From Bdellovibrionales bacterium (GTDB taxonomy: Bacteria; Bdellovibrionota; UBA1018; CAIMNF01), in the NCBI GenBank assembly GCA_040380025.1, contig JBEIJY010000001.1:32001-96000 (forward strand): 64,000 nucleotides of DNA, written 5' to 3'. Below, piece by piece: positions 57,149 to 64,000 of this stretch. Numbering within the stretch: the stretch's first letter is position 1; the number at the start of each line of letters is the position of its first letter. Under the pieces are notes generated by a model that did not search any database, was not told where the DNA came from, and saw nothing but the letters and a program-made list of their open reading frames with translations. Both the position numbers and the translations under genes were made by a program.

Positions 57149-58091
57149 AACCCTGACCGTCCTGAATCATCGGGAGCAAGCCTTCCCGGTAGAAGCCTTT
57201 GTTTTCGGGAATCCCTCGCCCACCGTGCCGGTGCTCGGAATCACGGGCGGAATTCACGGGCTCGAGCGGATCGGCACCTGGGTCGCGCTTTCCTTCTTGC
57301 AGTATCTGGACTCGAGGATTCCGTGGGATCCGAGCCTCGAGTTCCAGCTCGATCGGATGCGAGTCTTCATCGTGCCGCTCGTGAATCCGGTCGGCATGGA
57401 GCGCTTCACCCGTTGCAACGGGAACGGCGTGGACCTCATGCGGAATGCTCCGGTCGAGGCGGACCACGCATCGCCGCTGGTCGGGGGCCAGCGCTTCTCG
57501 CGTGCGCTCCCTTGGTATCGCGGGAATCCTGAACAGACTTTTGAAGGCATGGAGCCCGAGGCGCGAGCGCTTCTTCGATTTTGCGAGCATCAACTCGAAC
57601 GCGCGCCCCGCTCGATCCTTCTCGATTTGCACTCGGGATTCGGACTTCAGGATCAGCTCTGGTACCCGTATGCGAAATCGAAAGAGCCGTTTCCGGACCT
57701 GAAAGAAGTCCTGGAGCTGAAGGCGCTCCTCGATCGGGTTCTGCCCCATCACATTTACCGCTTCGAGCCGCAGAGCAAGCACTACACGACCCACGGCGAT
57801 CTTTGGGATTATCTATACGACTCGCGAAGAAGAGCATCTCCGGAGGCGGGAACCTTGATTCCGATCACCTTGGAAATGGGATCATGGAATTGGGTGAAGA
57901 AAAATCCGGTACAACTTTTGAGTTATCTCGGGCCGTACAATCCGATCAAGCCCCACCGACTGAAACGGACCCTGCGACGGCATCTGCCCTTGCTCGACTT
58001 CTTGATGCGCGTTCTTACCCGTCATCCTCCGCACCATCCGCACCACCCACCGCACATGGCCCCTGATTCGCAACCCCGGCAACTCCCGTGA
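57084..58091 (+). CDS. M14 zinc carboxypeptidase/deacylase-like protein (DUF2817-like)
   Basis: GGIHGLE, VNPVG, RCNGNGVDLMRN, DLHSG, TLEMG. Confidence 0.87.
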   Translation: MFREWEELQKIKSGLSPHCRRETLTVLNHREQAFPVEAFVFGNPSPTVPVLGITGGIHGLERIGTWVALSFLQYLDSRIPWDPSLEFQLDRMRVFIVPLVNPVGMERFTRCNGNGVDLMRNAPVEADHASPLVGGQRFSRALPWYRGNPEQTFEGMEPEARALLRFCEHQLERAPRSILLDLHSGFGLQDQLWYPYAKSKEPFPDLKEVLELKALLDRVLPHHIYRFEPQSKHYTTHGDLWDYLYDSRRRASPEAGTLIPITLEMGSWNWVKKNPVQLLSYLGPYNPIKPHRLKRTLRRHLPLLDFLMRVLTRHPPHHPHHPPHMAPDSQPRQLP

Positions 58092-58539
58092 AATCCACCA
58101 CCACCGCCTGTCCGGGCTGATTGTTCGAGCCCAGGTACCCGAGCGAGACATAGCCTATCAAGGGATCAGGAGAACAGTTCCGGTACCGGATCCGGACCGT
58201 GCACGAGCTCCCCGCACTCAACGTGGTTCCCGGGGTACAGGAGACATTCGTAAGCAAGAAGCCATTCGGGAGGGCATCGGTCACCGAAAGCATGCGCGCT
58301 TCCCGGGTCGCGGTGAACGTGACTGTCACATCGGGAGACAGGAGAGCAGAAGGAAACTGATGAGAAGAGATATCGGCGACCACCCAGGCTCCCGAAAACC
58401 CGCCGCCCGAAATCACATCGACCGGGGATCGTCCGCAGTTCTGAAACACGATCACGAGTGCGACCGCAGTGATTCCCACCGTGATTCCGAGCTGATTCCG
58501 CCGGAATTGAACCAAAAATCTGCGCCATCTCATTTTCAT
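58015..58539 (-). CDS. FQNC-type lipoprotein with an Ig-like beta-sandwich segment
   Basis: Basic n-region + VALVIVFQNC; CTPGTTLSAGSSCTVRIRY. Confidence 0.7.
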   Translation of the reverse strand: MKMRWRRFLVQFRRNQLGITVGITAVALVIVFQNCGRSPVDVISGGGFSGAWVVADISSHQFPSALLSPDVTVTFTATREARMLSVTDALPNGFLLTNVSCTPGTTLSAGSSCTVRIRYRNCSPDPLIGYVSLGYLGSNNQPGQAVVVDFTGVAGVANQGPCAVGGADGAEDDG

Positions 58540-58673
58540 CGCCCACGGGCCCCCTCATTCCCTGCTTCGGCAACACTCCGAGAAAACTTGAATCCATCGG
58601 CCCGGATCAACGAAAAAAATGGAACGAGTCAAAAACCCGTGATATACGGATTTCAAGCCGTCTCGGGGGGGAC

Positions 58674-60104
58674 ATGATCATGACACCGACTTTTTCTCTG
58701 ACTTTTTTTCTGCGCGGAACCGTTTCGTTTTTCGTGGCATTCGCCGCATTCACCGGCACCATCGCTTTCAGCACCATGATTGCTTCTGGCACGGCGGTCG
58801 CGTCTCCGGAGGGCTCCGGATTCCGGCCGAAGCCGTTCGTGTTTCGCGACGGACAAGCGGTATTCGCCGACTTTACCGAGGCCCGCTACGAGATCACCTA
58901 CGACCTGAACCGCTCGATCGCACGGGCCAAAGCGCGAATCGCATTCGAGCTTGGGGAAGAGGGCTACCCGGTCTTTGATTCCGTCACCGCCCCGGATTCG
59001 ATTGTGCTCGACGGAACCCCGGTCCAAGCGATCGAGACCCGCACCCCCTCGAACGAGACCACCCTGCGGGTCATTGCAAAAAAGGCGAGTCCGGGCGCGC
59101 ACCGGCTCGAAATCGACCTGCCTCTTGTGAGCCTCGTGAAGTTCGGGCAGGACGGGGTCCGGAGCGCCTTCTGGACCTCCGACCTCGACGAGCGTAACTT
59201 TCTGGAGCGTTACCTGCCCTCGAATCTTGAATATGACCAGGTCAAAATGAACTTTGTTGTCCGGTTTGCGGGACTCAGGCAAGAGCAGTTGATTTACACG
59301 AACGGGCAGGTCCAGCGCATTGATGCCGGCACATACTCCATCGACTTTCCCGCACACTTCACTTCCTCGAGCATCTTCTTTCATACGACCCCGAAGGGCT
59401 CGACGCTCGAGCGCTCCTTCCAGATTCGCTCGATCGATGGGCGGGTGCTGCCGGTCATGATCTACTCGGCCTATTCGGCCTTGGGGTCCCCGCTCGATGG
59501 TCTGCAAAACCGGGTCACGAAGGTGATTGCCGAGCTCGAAGCGGCTTACGGCCCCTTTCCGCATCCTTCCGTTCTGGTTCTGAACGCCGGCATGGGCGGC
59601 ATGGAATACTGCGGAGCCACGATGACCGATGTGAGCTCGGTCGGGCATGAGCTGTTCCATTCGTACTTTGCTCGCGGGGTAATGCCCGCAAACGGCAATG
59701 CGGGATGGATTGATGAGGCCCTCGCTTCTTGGCGCGACAACGGCTACCCGAGTTCTTCTTCGTTCTCGGGCGGGTCTTCGATGTCGTCCCACCCCTACTA
59801 CACGCGAATCACCGATCGCGCGGCCTACAGCTTCGGCGCGCGCTTCATGAGCTACCTCGACTGGAAAACCCGCGACAAAGGCGGACTGAAGCCGTTCTTG
59901 AAGTTCATGGTTCAAACCCAAACCTTCCGACCATTTCTGATCGAGGAATTCATCGCAGAAATGAGCCGTTTCTACGGTGTTGGTTTCGACGGGGACTTCC
60001 AGCGCCACACCTTCAGCACCGGACGCTCGCTCCAGGAAATGGCACGCGACGAAGAGGCCCCGCACCCGAAGATGAGCCTCGAAGAGCTCGAACGGCTCCT
60101 TTAG
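58674..60104 (+). CDS. Secreted M1-family (gluzincin) aminopeptidase
   Basis: Hydrophobic N-terminus; GGMEY; HELFH-X18-E. Confidence 0.88.
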   Translation: MIMTPTFSLTFFLRGTVSFFVAFAAFTGTIAFSTMIASGTAVASPEGSGFRPKPFVFRDGQAVFADFTEARYEITYDLNRSIARAKARIAFELGEEGYPVFDSVTAPDSIVLDGTPVQAIETRTPSNETTLRVIAKKASPGAHRLEIDLPLVSLVKFGQDGVRSAFWTSDLDERNFLERYLPSNLEYDQVKMNFVVRFAGLRQEQLIYTNGQVQRIDAGTYSIDFPAHFTSSSIFFHTTPKGSTLERSFQIRSIDGRVLPVMIYSAYSALGSPLDGLQNRVTKVIAELEAAYGPFPHPSVLVLNAGMGGMEYCGATMTDVSSVGHELFHSYFARGVMPANGNAGWIDEALASWRDNGYPSSSSFSGGSSMSSHPYYTRITDRAAYSFGARFMSYLDWKTRDKGGLKPFLKFMVQTQTFRPFLIEEFIAEMSRFYGVGFDGDFQRHTFSTGRSLQEMARDEEAPHPKMSLEELERLL

Positions 60105-62038
60105 TTCGAGTCTGCGACCGCGGGAAAGTACTCGAGCTTTTCGCCGATGGCATGCCCGGCGGGGATCGGAACGCCGAGCTCGTCAATGCGAAACACACTC
60201 ACCGGAAGATTCAAGGTTCTTCTGAGCTTCTCCATCGTTTCGGGTACGAAGGGGTGCAGAAAAATCATGAGGTTCTTCAGGACATAAAAGCTCGTGAACA
60301 AGGCATCCCGTCTTGCATCCTCGGGAAAGCGATCATCATGCGGCTTGAACTGGGTGAACAAACTGTTGATCTGGCGGGCGTAGTTCTCGATCAAGTTCAA
60401 AAGCGTCCCATACTCAGCGCGCTCCATCGAGTAGAGGTACTTCTTCACGAGCTTCGCCGTCTCGATCTCGACCTTCTCGATCAGCTTCCCTTCGGGCACC
60501 TGCCCGCCGAATTTCGAATGACAGGCCGATACGGGTTTTTCGAAGGCCGCATTCATGGGTCCGGCAAGGAATCGATTCCGCTCCTCGAGGGTTGAGAAAT
60601 CAAAATTCGAGGACTTCTCGGGCAAACTCAGCATGGCAAGAAAATACCGAATCTGATCGGGAGAATACCCCTTGTCGTCGATGAGCTCGTCGGCCGAATA
60701 AAAATTGCCCGTGGACTTGCTCATTTTCTCGCCGCCGACCATGAGGTGAAAGCAGCTGAACACATCGGTGAGCTGGAACTCCCCTTCGATCGGAAGCCGG
60801 GTCAGGTCCTTCTGACTGCCGATCCACATCGCGCCCTGCATGAGCACATAAAAATATACATTGTCCTGCCCGAGGAACTGCGCGATGCGTGCATTCGGGT
60901 TCTTCCAGAAATCGGCATATTCGGCAGGATTCCGCCCCTTCGCCTTCAGGGCGACCTTCGAGAACGAGATCGGCGCAATGAGCGAATCCGGCCACACGTA
61001 CAGGGTCTTGCCCTTCATCTCGGGGTCCGCATCCTCGGGCATGGGAATTCCCCAGGGAACATCGCGGCTGATCGAGCGATGGGCCCACGAATCGAGGAAC
61101 TGGGAGGGGATCCCGCAGGATTCGAGAAAAACCCGTCCAGCCTCGAGGTCGGCCTTGGTGGCGAAGGTGACTGCGATTTTCTTGCCAGGCGCGTAGCGGC
61201 TCTTGTGCGCGGGAAGCTCGGCTTTCCGCTCTTTGTAGGCTGGCTCATGGACATTATCGAAGATGAGCGCCGGCATGACCGTTCCGTGCACCTCGTTGTA
61301 AACGCCCGCCCGCCACTTCTTCGCCTTGCCTTCGATCCAGATCCGCAAGGGCTCGGACACCTTCCAGAGATCAAGCCACCAGTGCACGGTCTCGCGAAGC
61401 TCGGGAACCCCGTCACTCACCGCCGATCGCGGATTTTGAAGCTCGGCCGGAAGATGGGCCGTTCCGCATTTTTCGCATTCGTCGCTGTAGGCGTTGTCAT
61501 TGCCGCATTTCGGGTTCGGACAGGTCCCGCGCACCAGACGGTCTTGCAAGAACCTTCCGATCTTCGGATCGTACCACTGCCGGCTCGTGCGTTTTTCGAG
61601 CATGCCGTTTTGGTGGAGCTTTCTTAAAAACTCCTGCGAGAGCTCCTTGTGGACCGGAAAGCACTCGGGGCTCGAGGTGCCGGTATATTTTTCGATGCTG
61701 ATCGAATAGCGGTTCAGGGTTTTTTCTTGCAGCGCATGGATGCCGTCGATGAACTCGCGCACAGGCTTCCCCGCTTGGATCGCGGCAAGCTCGGAGGTCG
61801 AGCCATGGTCGTCGGTCCCGCACACGAACAGCACGTTTTCTTCGCCGATCAGCATGCGCATGTACCGCGCGTAAATGTCGGGCGGAACCAGGGCTCCCGC
61901 AAGATGCCCGAGATGAAGCGGCCCATTCGCATAGGGCATCCCCCCCGTCACCACCATGCGTGCGGGACGGAACGTTTGGCGCTTGATCCACTCAATGTCG
62001 TTCGGATTGACGGGGGCTCGTTCAGGCTGTGTGCTCAT
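60101..62038 (-). CDS. metG: Methionine--tRNA ligase (no C-terminal tRNA-binding domain)
   Basis: PYANGPLHLGH, GTDDHG, SISRDVPWG, YVWPD, KMSKS. Confidence 0.96.
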   Translation of the reverse strand: MSTQPERAPVNPNDIEWIKRQTFRPARMVVTGGMPYANGPLHLGHLAGALVPPDIYARYMRMLIGEENVLFVCGTDDHGSTSELAAIQAGKPVREFIDGIHALQEKTLNRYSISIEKYTGTSSPECFPVHKELSQEFLRKLHQNGMLEKRTSRQWYDPKIGRFLQDRLVRGTCPNPKCGNDNAYSDECEKCGTAHLPAELQNPRSAVSDGVPELRETVHWWLDLWKVSEPLRIWIEGKAKKWRAGVYNEVHGTVMPALIFDNVHEPAYKERKAELPAHKSRYAPGKKIAVTFATKADLEAGRVFLESCGIPSQFLDSWAHRSISRDVPWGIPMPEDADPEMKGKTLYVWPDSLIAPISFSKVALKAKGRNPAEYADFWKNPNARIAQFLGQDNVYFYVLMQGAMWIGSQKDLTRLPIEGEFQLTDVFSCFHLMVGGEKMSKSTGNFYSADELIDDKGYSPDQIRYFLAMLSLPEKSSNFDFSTLEERNRFLAGPMNAAFEKPVSACHSKFGGQVPEGKLIEKVEIETAKLVKKYLYSMERAEYGTLLNLIENYARQINSLFTQFKPHDDRFPEDARRDALFTSFYVLKNLMIFLHPFVPETMEKLRRTLNLPVSVFRIDELGVPIPAGHAIGEKLEYFPAVADSN

Positions 62039-62163
62039 CCCGATTTTATATCCTCACGAGGAGCAAAACCTCAACCCGCCACTTTTAAATCGAAGCGGTC
62101 GAATGTCCGCTTGCCAAATCAGAACGAACCCGATAACGACTTCGTACCGCCTTGGGAGGCTGC

Positions 62164-62182
62164 GTCAACCCAAAAGGTTGAC
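62164..62182. promoter_or_regulatory. Inverted repeat (operator candidate) between metG and the AAA+ gene
   Basis: GTCAACC-N5-GGTTGAC overlapping a TTGACA. Confidence 0.4.
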
Positions 62183-62216
62183 AAGGTTTGGCGGAACATC
62201 ATTCGGGAGGAACAGC

Positions 62217-64000
62217 ATGCGCAAGCATTTTGTTGTGTTGGGTTTGGTCGTTTCTTTTTTCGTTTCATTCCAGGCGGAATCGGCTCCGCCTGAATTCAAA
62301 ATCTACGAGTACATCACTCAGCTGGTCTACCCCGAGGGCAGGGTCGATCTTCGCATCGAGATGCGAATCAGCACGGGCCGCGAGGATTTCGCGGACGAGT
62401 GCACGCTGTCGATCAAGAATAGTGCTTCGAACGAGTGGCTTCCGATCCACGACGAGAAGCTGATCCGGTTCTCGAAGGTCACCTACACGCGCGATCTCTC
62501 TCCCGGGGTGAAAGTCCGCGAATGGCTCATCGCGAGCCCCGCGGACGGAAACCCGAAAAACGTGCGGAATGATCTCGGAATCGCGTTCCAGGATTCCGAT
62601 CTCCGGCAGACCCAGCTTTATCGCCAGTCGCTGAAGTCCCGCATCGAAGATGAGTTCTCGGCCATCGCAAAAGGCGCAACGGCCCTTCCCGAGTCACCGC
62701 GGGCGACGGCGAAGGCTCCGGTCAAGACGAAGAACAGCATCCTTTTTTACGAAGGCGATCGCGAGTTCGCACTGACCTTCGAGAAAAACGACGCGGTTCT
62801 GTCTTCGTCGGACGGCAAGTCTGTCCGCTTTGCCAAAGAGGGCGTCTCGCTGAACTCCCTGCACCACATCGAAGATGGCATTTTGTATCTGACCGGCACC
62901 GCCCGGATTTTCGACCTGCGGATGTTCGATGCCGAGGTTTCGTTCATCGGAAACACCACACTCACGAATTCGGTGCAACGGGCCGATGGCGGCATGGCCG
63001 AACCCGAAACGGAATTCAACCGTTTGTATCCGGACCTCGTGAAGAAGGAACGCGAACTGATCGAGAAGAAGCTTGCGGCTCCCATGACCGAGGAGGCGAG
63101 CGAGACCGTGCTCCGGATTGCGCGCTCCCTTCGATTGAACAAGAGCGTGAAGCTTTTGGGCCCTGCCGGAAGCGGCAAGACCTCCGAGATGAAGGCCCTC
63201 GCGCGCCTGATCGCGGCCGGGAAAATCCCCTCGATTCCGCGGACGGCGCAGATCCGCGTGATCTCGTTGAACTCCCTTGCCTCGGGCACGAAGTACGTGG
63301 GCGAAATCGAGCAAAAAATCGCCGTGATTCTGGAATACGCGAGCACTGCCCGGCCGATCCTCCTGATCGACGAGTTCCATGTCGCTTCGGGGGTCGGCGT
63401 GAGCCAGGGGAACCCGAACAACATCGCGCAGGCCCTGAAGCCGTATCTCGAGGACGGCTCGCTCCGCATGGTCGGGATCTCGACGAATCAGGAGTGGGAC
63501 AATGCGTTTGCGAACGACGCAGCCTTCGACCAGCGTTTTGAGGAAGTCACCCATGCCGAACCGAAGGGCGAAGAACTCCGCCAGAAGGTGCGGAACTCGT
63601 TTGTGCTCCGGGGCCTCCCCGTTCCGGGCCCTGATGCCATCGAGCGCGCGATTGTGCTTTCGGATCGCTTTGCGATCAGCGGCGCACAACCCAGAAAAGC
63701 CGTGAACTTGCTCATCAAAGCGACCGGCATCATGGACGAGATGGGACAAGTGGGCGCGCCCGCGAATGTTCAGTCGGTCGAGAGTGCCGCCGTCGAGAGC
63801 TACCAGATCGATCCGACCGCGTTCGACCGCGCGAAAATCCAGGAGCGACTCGCGAACATGCGCCAGGTGCTCGAAAGCCAGATCGTGGGCCAGCGCGAAG
63901 CGATCGAAAAGATGAGCCAGGTGTGGTTCCGGAAGCTCACCGGCGTGGGCTCGAGCCAGACCGCGAATGCGATTCTGTTCTTCGGCCCCCCCGGCACCGG
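62217..64000 (+). CDS. Signal-peptide-bearing ClpA/ClpB-like double AAA+ ATPase (3'-truncated; not in the ORF track)
   Basis: RBS GGGAGG; frame open to the window end; MRKHFVVLGLVVSFFVSFQAESA; GPAGSGKT, SGTKYVGE, LIDEFH, LKPYL, QRF, IVGQREAI, FFGPPGTG. Confidence 0.88.
   Translation, partial: MRKHFVVLGLVVSFFVSFQAESAPPEFKIYEYITQLVYPEGRVDLRIEMRISTGREDFADECTLSIKNSASNEWLPIHDEKLIRFSKVTYTRDLSPGVKVREWLIASPADGNPKNVRNDLGIAFQDSDLRQTQLYRQSLKSRIEDEFSAIAKGATALPESPRATAKAPVKTKNSILFYEGDREFALTFEKNDAVLSSSDGKSVRFAKEGVSLNSLHHIEDGILYLTGTARIFDLRMFDAEVSFIGNTTLTNSVQRADGGMAEPETEFNRLYPDLVKKERELIEKKLAAPMTEEASETVLRIARSLRLNKSVKLLGPAGSGKTSEMKALARLIAAGKIPSIPRTAQIRVISLNSLASGTKYVGEIEQKIAVILEYASTARPILLIDEFHVASGVGVSQGNPNNIAQALKPYLEDGSLRMVGISTNQEWDNAFANDAAFDQRFEEVTHAEPKGEELRQKVRNSFVLRGLPVPGPDAIERAIVLSDRFAISGAQPRKAVNLLIKATGIMDEMGQVGAPANVQSVESAAVESYQIDPTAFDRAKIQERLANMRQVLESQIVGQREAIEKMSQVWFRKLTGVGSSQTANAILFFGPPGT

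Noticed and set aside
58020..58060. His/Pro-rich tail (RHPPHHPHHPPH) of the M14 protein as a metal-binding tag
   Set aside because: It lies in the overlap with the convergent lipoprotein gene and is probably a by-product of stop-codon extension.
62085..62136. Sigma28 (FliA) promoter suggested by CCGATAA
   Set aside because: No TAAA at the required 15-nt spacing.
62694..63749. 351-aa minus-strand ORF at the window end
   Set aside because: Antisense to the Clp-like ORF, which carries clear Walker motifs.
1..64000. rRNA, tRNA, riboswitch, prophage, IS, defence island
   Set aside because: None recognised by eye; intergenic gaps are short and no integrase, transposase or clear compositional shift was seen. 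An Rfam scan would be needed to exclude small RNAs.

Overview
GC-rich (roughly 60% by eye), very gene-dense bacterial chromosome segment of about 66 CDSs. No rRNA, tRNA, CRISPR array, prophage or IS element was recognised. An FQNC-type lipoprotein, a TolQ+2xTolR (AglRQS-like) motor, an HD-GYP protein and several secreted peptidases suggest a Bdellovibrionota-like organism; this is inference only. Housekeeping content includes thrS, prmA, rne, deoC-deoB-pdp-cdd, an HU-like gene, FAH-maiA, slyD, ansA, rpsP-khpA-trmD-RNA MTase-rplS-rnhB (no rimM), hldD, mrp, 2-oxoacid dehydrogenase E1 alpha/beta, polA, gmhA, trxA, cheX, yebC, lexA and metG. The most interesting items: (1) a ClpA/B-type double-AAA+ ATPase with an N-terminal signal peptide, absent from the ORF track and running off the window; (2) a ferritin-like di-iron (DUF455-like)/ATP-grasp fusion in an apparent operon with an unannotated 52-aa membrane protein and an amino-acid permease; (3) an olsB/olsA-like aminolipid pair with an M14 hydrolase and an upstream 11-bp-period direct repeat; (4) a secreted protein with a degenerate Fic-like motif; (5) a recurring leaderless-promoter architecture. 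All family calls come from reading motifs by eye; no database searches were run.
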